Below the pieces are notes generated by a model. That model was not told the DNA's origin. It saw nothing but the letters and a program-made list of their open reading frames with translations, and made no database searches. A DNA stretch of 64,000 nucleotides from positions 12,586,001 to 12,650,000 of the forward strand of contig OX597822.1 of NCBI GenBank assembly GCA_951406725.2, read 5' to 3'. This DNA is from Octopus vulgaris. Its lineage: Eukaryota. The position numbers and the translations under genes are program-made. Shown one piece after another: positions 12,127 to 26,937 of this stretch (positions are counted from its first letter, which is position 1; each line of letters begins with the position of its first letter).

Positions 12127-13660
12127 TGAAAGCAGCAAAAGAAATCAGAATAGTCAAAAATATGAAAACAAATCCTAGTATCAACTATAGACATGCAAAA
12201 GCATCTGCCTCGGTATGGTACAAAATGGAGCCACTGTTCGAAGAGAGTGAATCGCCGACTCCTGGAGGATTAGTGAAATATTGAGTGTTTTCGCAACTCT
12301 TCTGGGGTTCTTGCAAGTAGCTATGCCTGATGAGTTCTTCAGCACCACAGATCTACATAAAGAAATAGTAATTACTGATAACATCAAAGTAGAGGAAATA
12401 GATGTAATATCAGCCATTGATGAAATGAGCACTATCTCATTCGCCGGCCCTGATGTATTCCCAAGAATCCTCCTACAGGAACGCAAGACGACTACAGATT
12501 CTCTTCCAAACCCTCTTCGCAAGGCATAATACGTCCTATCCATAATCGAGGTAGCAGAGTGGATGCTAATAATTTTAGACCTGTGTTTCTAACCTCCCAC
12601 CTCAGTAATATCATGGATCACATTGTCGGGAGGAAATTGATTGAGTTCTTTGAAGATAATGACTTGCTCTCCAATAACCAGAATGGCTTCCACTTAGGAA
12701 TAAGCTAACTTACACAGCTTTTGCAGCATTGTGACTGAGTGTTGAAACAATTAATCGCTCAAACGTGGATGTGATATATCCCGATTGTTCATGATATGGT
12801 TGAACATGGGGTGATATGTCACAAGCTAGGGAGATTCGACGAGTAGTTGCATGACTTTTTAATAGACAGAAGCCAAACTGTGACAGCCAATGGAGCTCTC
12901 TCCAAGGAGACAGTAATAGTAAGTGTAGTGCGTCGGGGAACTGTATAGGGGCTTCTACCGTTCATGGCGACTCTTTCAGACATGTCATCAGTTACACAGG
13001 CATCTACACTTACTAGCTATGTCGACGACACAGAAGTAGCACCAGCAATCAAGGAAACTTCTGATGCTAATCTTCTACAGAAAGACCATATATAAATGGG
13101 CAGAAAAAAATAACATGCAATTTAAAGAAGGTAAAGTCCAAATCCTCTGCTCTCGGTTAAGTGGTGCTCACAAGCCGCAACAACGATAATTTGGGCCCAA
13201 AATACCTGCAATCTCAGAGTCACATACAGTGCGTGATCTGGGGATTGATATGAGCAACATCGTTAAACGCACATATCACCACGATGGTGGCAATGAGCAG
13301 GCGACGGGCGATGGATTTTGACAACTTTCGGAACAAGGGACCAGGAAACTATGCTGGTTCTATGGAGGACACTTATTCTCAACAATCTAGACTACTGCTG
13401 TCAGGCGTTGTCCTTTATAAAGTGTCTAAATAATAGCAGAACTTAGGAGTCAAGGGCTCATAACTATTTAACGCCTTGCCAAAACACCTGAGGGATCTTC
13501 ATAGATATTTTCAAGAAACTTGGCCCCTTGCTATCCAAGGTCCCAGAAGAACCAATATCAAGGCAGGAAACTCAAGAGAGAGAGTTTGGCCACTGAAAAG
13601 ATAATTACACTGGTGGTGCTCCAGCTTGGCCGCGGCCTAAGGTCTGTAACATATAAAATA
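12127..13660 (+). mobile_element. Decayed CR1-group LINE (RT pseudogene, 5' truncated)
   Basis: Frame-broken RT motifs (AGPDVFP, NFRPVFLTSH, NQNGF, YVDD, LDYCCQ). 3' tail ggtggtgctccagcttggccgcgg. Homologous to 51367-52917. Confidence 0.85.
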
Positions 13661-13696
13661 ATATATATGAATGTATAAAATAATAATTCTAAATAA

Positions 13697-14070
13697 GAGT
13701 GCCTTACATGCACCAAAACCCTTTATGAGAAATTCCCTCATGTAACTGTCACAATGTTCTGTGTTCTAACACAAAACCCAATTTTGAGATGGGGATAAAT
13801 AATGCCTTTTGATATTCTTACTGTTTCTGTGGGTAATAATTATTATTTAATAATGCGACTGGATATTCGCGACATTAGTACTTGAAATTCTATGTATGTC
13901 ATTGGCGAAGATATCGCTCCTGTTTCCATCGGTCGAATGTCCACTATCGTCAATGCCAGGGAATGAAGAAATCACGTGATGTGACCGTCTCGGTGCTTAT
14001 AAGCACCAAAACGCTCATTTGGGAGGTTCTCTTATGGCAACTGTGACAACATTCTGTTGTAGCACAGCTT
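13697..14070 (-). mobile_element. Old terminally redundant unit (~293 bp period) with a degenerate hammerhead-like motif (13903-13958, minus)
   Basis: gcaccaaaac...aactgt.acaa..ttctgt occurs at 13710 and 14003. Minus strand: tggc-a-TTGACGA-tagtgg..ccgatg-GAAA...tt-c-gcca. Confidence 0.35.
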
Positions 14071-14102
14071 CAATCATACATACATACATGCATATATATA
14101 TA

Positions 14103-14193
<91 letters not shown>

Positions 14194-14221
14194 CTTTACT
14201 ACCCACAAAGGGCTAAACACA

Positions 14222-14260
<39 letters not shown>

Positions 14261-14408
14261 CCGGAGTAAACACATAAATGTGAAACAAGGTGGAAAAAAG
14301 AGTACTCAAATACCAGTGGTAGAGCAATATGCTTTATTTAAAAGCAGCAGAAATTTAACAAAAGTTGTTACAGCTTTTGTTCAAATTTCTGCTGCTTTTA
14401 AATAAAGT
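14261..14408. mobile_element. PLE-type tail with short fold-back 14332-14407
   Basis: Same family as 4614-4840, but the inversion point falls earlier, at the hammerhead 3' edge. Confidence 0.7.
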
Positions 14409-15025
14409 ATATATATAATACACACACAAACACAGACACACAGACACACACACACGCACACACACATACACACACACATATACAAATGTATATATATATG
14501 TGTGAGTGTATGTGTGTGTGTATACATATATATACTCCAACACAGAATTTCTGTGTATTTTCCTTCTGCTTATATATTATATTTCATACAATCTACCATA
14601 TCCGAAAAAGAATTTTAGCGAACCAATTCACTATGTGTGTGTGTGTGTGATCGCACGTATCTGTGTGTGTGTGTGTGGGCACGCGCATATCTGTATGTGG
14701 GTGTGGTGTATGAGCAAAAGCATTCAAATGTTTACATTCGAAATAAAATATTACTACGCTTAATGCCATCTGTAGTGAATATTTTTAATTGATAATATCA
14801 ACAGCAGTAACATAGGCGGTTCACAGGTTTAATAGCATTATAAGCTATAAAATATAAAATTAGCACGAAGGCGTTAGGATGCAGAAACATCAGCCTATTT
14901 AGAAATGAGAGCTTAAGTTTCAATTCAACCATTCGGAAGACACCAAAATAATAGAATATAACAGTACGCGAAGATCGCATTTCTAAATAGCTTGACGCTT
15001 CCTGCATCCTAGCACATTCGTGCTA

Positions 15026-15084
<59 letters not shown>

Positions 15085-15086
15085 TA

Positions 15087-15525
<439 letters not shown>

Positions 15526-15529
15526 AAGA

Positions 15530-15598
<69 letters not shown>

Positions 15599-16359
15599 AA
15601 TATATACACATATCTTTTTGTATGTATGTGTGTGCCTCTGTGTGTGTGTATATGTGTACGTGTGTGTGTATGTATGTTTGTGCAAGTATTTATATATGTA
15701 ACATTTGAAGGGTCACTTATAATTTAGGTTATCACATTGTTAGCACTTCATCAAAAAACCTGGTTAGCATAGATTTCAGTTAACTGAATAAACACCAGGT
15801 AAAATGCAATCGATTATTTATATATTGAAAAATTGCTCTTTCGAACGAGATAGCCAAAAGCTTAACCAATTCTTACAGTTCCAAGTAAATCTATTTATAT
15901 CTAAATTCTAATCAAATAGCGAACATAATTTGTCATCACATTTTTTCTTCAAACTTTATGCATTTGCATAGTTTATAGATCGTATATCCGAGAGCAGAAT
16001 AAAACGGATTTACTTTAATTCTATTATGACGTTATAAACGACAATCTTTACATGTGTTTCGCTAGCGAACACACTTATATGCTTACTCGCATTTAATTAA
16101 GAACTGCCTTTGTCAACGAAGTAAGGTTGCGCATAATAAAGCATTGAATTTTTATTTCCTAAAGATATGGGCCTTCGATGCATTTATACAATCATATACA
16201 TAAGGATTACTCCAACAAAATAGTATTAACTGGTGAAACACGTGTAAATATTAGGTAATCTATTACGTTCTAAATAACTAGTAGATAAAAATTTAAAAAA
16301 ATAAATTTCCTGGGTTTTTATGCTTTCGAATATATATATGTATATACATATATATATAT

Positions 16360-16414
<55 letters not shown>

Positions 16415-16911
16415 TGTTTGTGTGTGTGTGCATGTATGTATGCGAGAGAATGTTGAAAACCTCATAGAAAGAAAATAGTTTGTACTGTTGTTAAACGGGG
16501 GAGCACTGTGCTTGTTTTTCAACAGTTAACTATTGTATTGTAAAATGCAACATATTTTTGTATTTATTTATGCAGCAAAATTTTCAGTGAGTGTACAGGT
16601 CGCAGTTTCGAGCCATGAAAATTTGGACACCACATTGCAAATAAAAGTTTAATTGAAGTTGAGGGTTTTTGTGTGTTCCTGAATGTCTAACCAATGGCTT
16701 CCGGTCTGCAATCTCCTTATTTTCAGCAAAGAATCTCAGATAAAAATCACTTGCTATGTAACGACATCTGCGTAATTGTATGTTTCTATATACGCGCTAA
16801 ATATATCTAAAGTTATAGACGCCAAATATGATGTGTATCCTTGATTCAGTTATTTTAATATGTTTTCAGGAATTTCCTAAATGATTTTAACACTAGAATC
16901 TATTAATTGCT

Positions 16912-16960
<49 letters not shown>

Positions 16961-18249
16961 GACAGCCAGAATGAGTGCTCAACACCGCATTTATAGACAA
17001 ATATTCTTTATTCGTGAGATAACCAAACTACAAGTGTTATATTGTGAGAGTGTTTTTATCCAAGATGAAATGTTGAACTTATAGATGGACTGGAGCGGAG
17101 CTGAAATTAGTTATACATTATATAATTGGATGGATTAGAGATTTATTGAAGAACAACTAATCCAAACGCGTGGAACATTCCTAAATAGTCCGTGAACATA
17201 TTTTGCATTATAATAGGCAAATATTGTCGAATGGACAGTTAAAGTTTAATTCTTCGTGTAGGTTATTTGTTATTCGGACAACCCTATTCACAGACATAGT
17301 TGTATGGTCAATCAAGTTCCCTGTCCAGCCACGTGGTTGCACGTTCACTCCCGCTCTTCAGGTGGGTGTCTTCTAACGTAGCTACGTACCGACCATACGT
17401 CGTCAAGGATTTTGGTAAAGGGAAACTATGTGAAAAACCGTAACCTCATTGTACACACACAAACACACACACACGCACACACACACACACACACACGCGC
17501 GCACGCACGCACGCACACACACACACAAACATATACATATACACCCCCATATATATATGTATATGGGTGTCATTGTGTTTAAATTTGCCCCACCACCGCC
17601 ACTTGACGCCAATTGCTTTTGTTTGCGTCCCTTTAACTTAACCGTACGGTAAAAGAAAAAAGGGCCGACAGAATATCTACAAAACATAAAAATAAATCCT
17701 GAGATCGATTTGTTCGACTAGATTCTTGAAGCCAGCGCCTCGGCACCGACACGACTTAATGACTGAAACAAAGAAAGCTATGGATAGAAAAAAAATTGAT
17801 AGACGTAACTATTTTAATAGGAACAACATAAATAGTCACAGCTATAATGTTAATACGATATCTTTCTTGATGTCAATACGTTAACCAATCAATAAATCAA
17901 TTAGTTAATCCATATATTGGTCGATGCAAACATTTAAAGCGACAACAGCATATTTGAACAAAGGGTTAAAAAAATTCAAGATTATGTGTACATAATTTAG
18001 GAGACATACATTTTTCAATATTGTTTCAAAAACAATGGTGATTTTATTAAAATATATCGCTTCACAAAAATTATGATATAGATATTATAAGCGTCAATTT
18101 ATCTAAAACACAAGATAATTAAATAATAATACCATTAATATCTATAGTACTAGTAATACAAATAATAACAACTGTAACAACAAAGTAATAATGATATTAG
18201 TGCTCTTAATAATAACAACGAATACAGCAGCTGTGGTAGTAGACACAGT

Positions 18250-18495
<246 letters not shown>

Positions 18496-18937
18496 GATAG
18501 CTAAATAAATAAATAAGAATAGCAACATTATTGTGTACAAGGCGTTATCAATTTATTATTTTATTAGGAATGTAGTATGTATAATCATAGCATTGTTTTC
18601 TCGTTTTCTCTTTCTTGAAGTGAAGGAAGGTTGCATTTAATTTCATGAGTTCGAGGTATTTGGTATGTAACTTCACAATGAAAGCTTATAATAAGGTTCC
18701 TGTGTTTGCGATAATGGAGTTACCTTGCTTACAAATGGCCGACACTAATAGAGATGAACTGTATCAGAGAAAATATATCATTACGTACTTATTAGCATAC
18801 AACGTACGCACACGCATATATTATGTGTGTGTGTGTGAGTGAGTGTATATATATATATATCTGTGTGTGTGTGTGTGTGTATGTATGAATGCACGTGTAT
18901 ATATATATATATATATGTATGTATATACGTATACATG

Positions 18938-19008
<71 letters not shown>

Positions 19009-19116
19009 AAGACGTGTATGCATATCTGATCATCAGTTTCTTTGCTTATATATGTCACACTGCACATCATGCATGTACACTCACATATGTATACACATAT
19101 ATAAATATATAGTGTA

Positions 19117-19170
<54 letters not shown>

Positions 19171-19286
19171 AACATATATATGCATATATTTGTATAGTAT
19201 ATATATATATATATATGCATATATATACATACATATACATGTATATATAGCATATATAGCATATACATGTATATATAGCATATATA

Positions 19287-19322
<36 letters not shown>

Positions 19323-19331
19323 GTATATACA

Positions 19332-19399
<68 letters not shown>

Positions 19400-20054
19400 C
19401 CATAGAGAGAGAGAGACAGAAAGAGAGAAATGCAGAGGAAAAACAGAGAGTGACTGAGACAAGGTGAAAGAGAAAATATCTATATAGAAACTCAAAGTTT
19501 TGCATAAATATACATAAGTATGTATTAATAGGCCATTACGCAGCATCATTGGTATTTGAGGAAATATTTGATTAATGCTGTGAAGTGCTCATTAATCAAT
19601 CGATATGATCAATAATTAATGTGATATGAAACATGAATATCCGTCGTGTTTCTAACAATCTACGATATACTGTGTAATTTTGCCTCACATTTACACCGAA
19701 CAATTTTGAAATATGACTTCACTGGAATTGGCTGTACTCGACTGAATTGAGTTTTCTTAAATAAAAATTAGTAAATCTTCGGGCTATATGTATATACTCA
19801 AAAATATACACAGATAAACACAGGAACACACGATGGGGGCTCACTCGCACGCACACACAAAACAAACAGACATACATGCAAAACATACACTGACGCGCAA
19901 GCATACAGTAACTGCTATACATATTTATCCACGCACACATACATACACGTATATATATAATATACATGTATATATATATATAATATATATATATATATAT
20001 GTACATATATGCATATATAAATATGTGTGTGTGTGTGTGTGTATTTGAGTATTT

Positions 20055-21087
20055 TCTTCTAAGTCTCAGTCTACGAACTGCGGCCATACTGCAGCACTAC
20101 TGTTTACTTTGCTACACTTTCACTAAACCTCCTCTGATATATGACATTTGGTAAATAAGAGAGTTTGATGTTGCTGTCCTCATCTGTATCTTTTGCCTAG
20201 AGGTAGGTTCATCCGGAATTCTTGACATTCGTTAATAAATATAGCAGAATACACGGGTCCAGAGAAAACTTTTCAATCCTTTAGGAAGTTAACATGGATA
20301 GCTGATGGTGCACCATAGAGTTTAACGGTAGAGTCTGTCAGCTTTGTCAGAAGAAACCAACATGGTTTCCATTCCTCTTGTTCTGAACGTTCGATGGGTT
20401 CACCTGGTCAGACGTCTGTATTTTATTGCCAACTTAGTAATGTGCACCTGAAAAATGCATCATTCCTCGTGTCAATGCCCAGGTCATGCCCTGACCTTGA
20501 TTCAGAGATTGGGATCCATCCTGGTCCAGTGTATCCTATCTGCTTTTTATTGAGCTTCATGTGTTGGTAGCGCAGGCCTTGGAATTTTCCAGCATTAAAC
20601 TGCATGTTGTTGTTCTCCCATCTGTATATAAGTCCAACTCCCGTTGCAGAGGCACAACGTCTCCGGTGTTCTGTATCCTCTGGAAGACTTTTGCATCGTC
20701 TGCATAGCTAGCAATGATAGATACTTGAGCAGCTGAGGGCATGTCAGAGAGGGACACTATAGCAGTGGCCCGAGAGTAGTGCTCTGTCGAACACCACTCA
20801 TTATTTGTGTTTTCTTGGAGGTGGCCCCATTACCTCCACTGCCTAACTTCTGTCTAAATGATGTAGCCATTCTCCAAATTTTCCAAATATGACACGATTT
20901 CGGACCTTGTGATTTATGAAACCATAGTCGACATTTTCTAAAGGATTTTCCAAAGTCGAGGTATATCACGTCTACTTTTGAGTTGTTGAGCAGCTGCTTT
21001 AGCACCCTGTCCTAATGCTGCAATAGCTGTGTCAGGCAGTTTCTACCTGGTCGAAAAACATGCTGGGTGTCAGTCGTTCCATGACTT
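20055..21087 (-). mobile_element. Decayed CR1-group LINE RT fragment
   Basis: ORFs give VDVIYLDFGK, SGVRQSTTLGPLL, SYADDAKV and MQFNAGKFQ. 3' tail at ~20060-20100. Confidence 0.85.
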
Positions 21088-21352
21088 TGCTGAAGAGTGA
21101 GATTTTGTATGTCTTTTATCTAAGATTTATTATTATGTACTCAGCAATTTTTAAAAAATTATGTCGTTTGTATATACGACAGATCCTAGACATGGTTTAT
21201 GTGAATATTTGTATTGGCATGCATATGTATTCGTATGTACGCTTCTATGTATATGTGTAAGTGAGCGTGTATGTTTATACTTATGCACATACATACATGG
21301 ATCTATATGTATGCATGTATACACTTGAATTTGTGTGGATGTGCATTTAAGT

Positions 21353-21790
21353 AATAATGAATCTCTGAACGAGGTATAAACAGTAACTGCGCGACAATGT
21401 GAGGTATATTTGCCATCTCAATATGGCTAACCACTAAGCTACAGTAACACCCACCCTTAGTGGTTAGCCATATTGAGATGGCTGAGTATACCTCACATTG
21501 TCGTGCAGTTACTGTTTACATCTCGTTCAGAGATTTATTATTGATTGTATACACTTTTTCGAAAACCGGTGATTGTCGTACGCCGACGACAGGTCAATAC
21601 CTAGAAACTGCATTCCGTGCGTATCACTTAGGTTGACGAGGGAGGGATGAACTCCCTTTGCAAATACCATAAGGGCACAGAAAGTGTGCCTAAAGCCAGC
21701 TGGAGACAATGTTCCCCTGGGCTACAAGCTATAGTAACACCCACCCTTAGTGGTCAGCCATATTGAAATGGCAAGTATACCTCACATTGT
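21353..21790 (+). mobile_element. Retrozyme-like unit (290 bp period) with a 5' inverted duplication (hairpin 21353-21542)
   Basis: agct.cagtaacacccacccttagtgg...cctcacattgt occurs at 21437 and 21727. Two hammerhead-like motifs: tacg-CCGACGA..GAAA..cgta (21579-21623) and tagg-TTGACGA..GAAA..ccta (21629-21692). Shares ccagctggagac.atgt with the 6501-6890 unit. Confidence 0.55.
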
Positions 21791-21800
21791 ATTTAAGTAG

Positions 21801-21866
<66 letters not shown>

Positions 21867-21929
21867 GTCTGTCTGTCTCTATCTCTCTCTGTCTCTCTCT
21901 CTGTGTCTCTCTGTCTCTCTGTCTCTCTG

Positions 21930-22069
<140 letters not shown>

Positions 22070-22094
22070 CACACATATATATGTGTGTGCGTGT

Positions 22095-22463
22095 GTGGAA
22101 AAAAGTCATGGAAGAAAATGCTAAAATAATTTTATAAAAAACATTTCGAAACCGGTTTCAGTCATTGAAACTTTTTCAACTGTAAGTATGGAAAACAAGT
22201 ACATTTTTGAAAAATTAAATGAAAAGTTTTCAAAAGAATATTTGTATAGTATTCAATTTACAAGGAGCATTTTCCTTGTTTCTGCGCGTCTCTGTCTCTT
22301 GTATTTGAATACTGTGAAAATATTCTCTTCAAAAACTATTTATTTAATTTTTCCAAAATTGAATTTTCTACACTTACAGTTGAAAACATCTCAATGATCG
22401 AACTCAGTACTGAAATATGTTTTATAAAATTATTTTAGCATTTTCTACCTTCACTTTTTTTCC

Positions 22464-22465
<2 letters not shown>
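22095..22465. mobile_element. Diverged fold-back PLE-type terminus with U3-A8 hammerhead motifs on both arms
   Basis: Arms tggaaaaaagt...atgctaaaataattttataaaa / ttttataaaattattttagcat...ttttttcca. Same family as 8960-9180 and 27630-27793. Confidence 0.65.
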
Positions 22466-22494
<29 letters not shown>

Positions 22495-22525
22495 TATATA
22501 TCAACTCGTGTGTTCCTTTTCAACC

Positions 22526-22587
<62 letters not shown>

Positions 22588-24341
22588 AATTTACAAAAGG
22601 AGAAAAGACGAAGACAGGTGTCTAAACAACAAACAGGTGTATTAGTTTAACGTTCGGGAAGGTGAGAAAATCTTTTACAGTTCGAGGCTACGCTCTTCGA
22701 CAAAAAGGAATACGAGAAAATAAGCAGAGAGGGAATATAAGAGAATATATATATGTATATATATATATTCTCAGTGTAGAGACAGACAATTCACTTTATG
22801 TTATGAAAATCTTCCTTCACCAATAGCTGCGGGGCCATTCATACATATACAATAAAGAAATAAAAATGACTTCTTGGATCCTTACAAAATGTCAGTTGCA
22901 TTTGATTATTGACGAATGGCTTCTACTTGCGTCTTAAATTCAGATCTAGTTTTCAGAATTTTCTGCTGAAGAAGTCGAATTGCTAATGAAAATCATAAAT
23001 AACAAAGTACACCAGTCAAAAGTGTTAACGTAGATAAGATATATTATTAGTGTCAACCTGTTCAGATTTTTCATGGCGAGTAAAGTAAGAACTACGATAT
23101 AGAGCTGGTGTTTGGCGGAAGACTAAGCCTCGTTCATTGTAGATGATTCGTGTCTTATGCATGCTAGGAATATCTCTGTTACAGAACGAATTGATAATAG
23201 TTTCAAATTTTGGTATAAAAACAGCAATTTCAGAGGAGGGGGTTAAGTCAAATACATCAATCCAAGAGTTAAACTGGTACTTATTTCATCGACCTCGAAA
23301 GGATAAAAGGCAAAATCGATCTCGGTGGCATTTGAACTCAAAATGTAAACACGGACGAAATGCGCTAAGCATTTTGCCAGAAGTAACGATTCTGCCATCA
23401 CAACGCTTTGCACAGAACGAACGAATAGATTGGGGTCAGAGTCACTGTGGCTGCGTTGAGTAAGTCCTAAGAATTTGAAGCAGCCATAAGCATCAGTGTC
23501 TACGTTTTTACGTGGACTTTGCCTTACATCCTTTCGATGTCGATAAAAATAAGCAACAGCTTAGTAGTGTGGTCGATGTAATTTACTTATGCCATCTCCC
23601 ATAATTTCTGGCCTATGAAATCAAGGCAAGAGTGAATGATGGCCTTATAGAGTTAAAAGATAATTTCTGATGGCAAAAATCAGAAACAATTTTCCTGGCA
23701 TCTGTGTCGTTTAAGAAGATTATTGAGATAAGCGAAGATGAGAGGACATCAAAAACTGCCATCTTTGTTACAGATGACATTATTTCAATTATCAAATTAA
23801 GGAGACAAGCAGAAGCAATTCATGTGAGATTGGATGAGATATTCTTGGAATGGCAGACTGTTCAGACTTACTCGCTTTATTCTTTCGAATTTTACTGGTT
23901 TCAGTGATTAGAACGCGGCCATGCTGGGACATCGCTTTGTGTTTAGTCGGGCATATCGTCCGTAGTTCTTATTATTTAAAGACTGGTACTTATTCAATCA
24001 GCTACTTTTGCCGAATCATTAAGTTATGAGGACGAAAAGAAACCAAGCAGTAATGGGACAAAATCGTAACGCAAACACAAAGACACATAGACATATATAC
24101 ATACAAATGTATAAATGTTATGTACGATAGGCTTCAACACAAGTACCAACCACCAAACGTACTCATTAAGCACTGATCAGCGCAGAACTTGCTCAAGTTG
24201 CCGTGCAGCAGGTTTGAACCCGAAACGACATGGTTGCAAAGCGACAGTCTTAACTACCATAATCATGTCGACATTTTTGTGCATATTTCACACATTTATT
24301 CTTTTAACACTTCCACCTTTACTTTCCTACAATACAAGTAG

Positions 24342-24665
24342 AGGTGCGTGGCTCTGTAGTCAAGGTTGTCGACCTGCAATCGTAAGATCATGAGTTCGAT
24401 TTTTAGAGGCGCCTTGTGTTCTTGAGCATGACATTGGCATTTCATGTCACTCTTGTACACCCAGCTGGCAAAAATGAGTCGTACCTGTAAATGAAAGGGC
24501 CAACCTTGTCGCATTCTATGCCACGCTGATTCTTCCTGAAAACTACGTTAAGGGAACGCCTGTCTGTGGAATGTTCAGCCACGTGGACGCTAATGTCACG
24601 CGCAGAGTATTACTTCGATCGGATCATCTGGAATGCTCGTCACCGTAACCGAAGGAGTACCAGTT
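24342..24665 (+). mobile_element. tRNA-derived SINE (third family)
   Basis: ggtgcgtggctctgtagtcaagg...gagttcgatt head, followed by a ttgtgttcttgagca core. Confidence 0.6.
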
Positions 24666-25768
24666 ATTACAATACATTTAATTTTTACTTTTAAGCTACT
24701 CTTAAACGTGATTTCGTTCCAAATCTTATAAGTTAACAGTTTATTAAATTATTGCTTATTTACGTATGGAACCCGAAATTAGTTTTGGTAATAGTTCCGT
24801 TTCACCTGTCATCTCTTTTGCCGCCTTCCTAATTAAAGTTCATTTATATCGAGTCTAACTAAAATTTTCTTTTGGAGTTTTAAATCATAACTTTTAATGT
24901 AATATTTTGTTTCTGTGTTTGGTTTGCAAGCTTCTTGTGAACTCTATGTTGAAACAGATTTTGTTTTTTCTCAGGAGAGCCATTATGCCAATAAGAGACA
25001 CATTTTGCTTCTATTTCAGTTTGATTTGTATTTGTTAATTGGTTTACTGTTTAACATGAACTCTACACGTCAACAACAAATGACGACTGCCACTACAGCG
25101 TCCGCCCTATCCGACGCGCTTCCTTTGCCAGAGGGACATTTGTCACATTTGGATGCAGAATGTTTGGGCAACACGCAGAAGCACTGCTTTGCGTTTAAAG
25201 CTTTCCGACTGACCGTCTGATGTAGTCAGAGTTCCTAAGAGACATGGTAGACTCAATTTGCTGATCCGGTTGAATCCACCCTAGATGCATACCGCCTTAA
25301 GTTCCAGTAATTAATTTGACCAATTCAATGATTTTTTTTTTATTAATCATTCCGCCAATCAATCAAACAGGTTTATCAAAATCATTTCGTCGCCATTTGC
25401 TCCCCATCAACCGGATGCCCTCTCCAATCATAGAAACATACTTAACCGTTTATCTTTTATCTTTTCCTTCTTTCAGTTATTAGAATGCGGATTACTGACG
25501 CAACACTGTGAAGACTTTTTAGACTTATCCTATATTATTATATCGGTCTCTGTAGCCGAACAGGTAAGTTACGGAGATGTAAACACACCGACACTGGTTG
25601 TGAAGCGGGAGTGCGAACATAAACACAGACACAAAGACACACAGACATAGGTAGACATACATGATATATATAATTGTTAAAAAATCTCCATATTGTGTAT
25701 ATATATATATATATATATACATACATACATACATACATACATACGTACATATATACATACATACATGT

Positions 25769-25801
<33 letters not shown>

Positions 25802-25802
25802 A

Positions 25803-26110
25803 AGGGTAAAGACCCCCTTCGGTCATGAATGACCATGGGATTGCACCTAGAAAGTTACCCTCCTAGACACAAGTCTGGGCAAGGTTGTTTATGGAAGACC
25901 AGCAGTCGCCCATGCATACCAGCCTCCCCTCTCCACGCCACCAGTGTTATCCAAGGGAAAGACAAAAGTCGATACAGCTTGGCACCAGTGACGTCGCAAC
26001 TCATTTCTACAGCTGAGTGAACTGGAGCAACGTGAAATAAAGTGTCTTGCTCAAGAACACAACATGCAGCCCGGTCCGGGATTCGAGCTCACAACCTCAC
26101 GATCGTAAGC

Positions 26111-26113
<3 letters not shown>
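25803..26113 (-). mobile_element. tRNA-derived SINE between (TA)n tracts
   Basis: Minus strand gagctcgaatcccggaccgg (B-box-like), followed by a ttgtgttcttgagcaagacac core. Confidence 0.65.
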
Positions 26114-26166
<53 letters not shown>

Positions 26167-26549
26167 ATTAAAATTACATCTACATATACAGAATCGTGTC
26201 TTATGCATGCTGGGAATATCTCTGTTACACAACGAATTGATAATAGTTTCAAATTTTGATACAAAAACAGCAATTTGGATGCATTTAAAGCTTTCGGGAT
26301 GACCGTCTGATGTAGACGTGGTAGATGTCTTACATCGAAAGGATGTAAGGCAAAGTGGACATCAAAACGTAGACACTGATGCTTATGGCTGCTTCAAATT
26401 CTTAGGACTTACTCTGACTCTGACCCCAATCTATTCGTTCGTTCTGTGCAAAGCGTTGTGATGGCAGAATATATAGGATAACATTTTCGAAAAAATTTTA
26501 TGAATGGTCAGCATATTAAAAAAATACCTTCAAACGTTAAATTTATAAG

Positions 26550-26685
26550 CAACTTATAAACAAGGGCAAAAGAAAAAAAATTCAATGCCAAATATGCCGA
26601 AATAGTCTTATATGGTTATTGACGATTAAGTCTATTTCGGCATATTTGGCATTGAATTTTTTTTCTTTTGCACTTGCTTATAAGT

Positions 26686-26687
<2 letters not shown>
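26550..26687. repeat. Fold-back hairpin (~60 bp arms) ending at (TA)n
   Basis: caacttataa...aattcaatgccaaatatgccgaaatag / ctatttcggcatatttggcattgaatt...ttataagttg. Confidence 0.8.
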
Positions 26688-26732
<45 letters not shown>

Positions 26733-26895
26733 GTTATCGCCATATTAATATGGCATTCTTATAGACATAAGAATAATCGCTGCCGCTGGTCAGCTCCATG
26801 AGGCCACCGCCTTAAGATAGCTATTGATACACGATCTGTATCCATTATAACCTTCGAACAATGGAGGTCAGCCGCTTCACACTGCCAGTCCGACA

Positions 26896-26937
26896 GCTAC
26901 AGACGCGTTTCGGGGTATTGCCCCTTTTCAATGTAGC
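26896..26937 (-). ncRNA. Type-I hammerhead, U3-A8 core, GUC cleavage triplet
   Basis: gctaca-TTGAAAA-gggg caata cccc-GAAA-cgcg-TC-tgtagc. Confidence 0.8.

Noticed and set aside
24915-25220. 101 aa ORF in unique-looking sequence
   Set aside because: No recognisable domain or clear splice structure.
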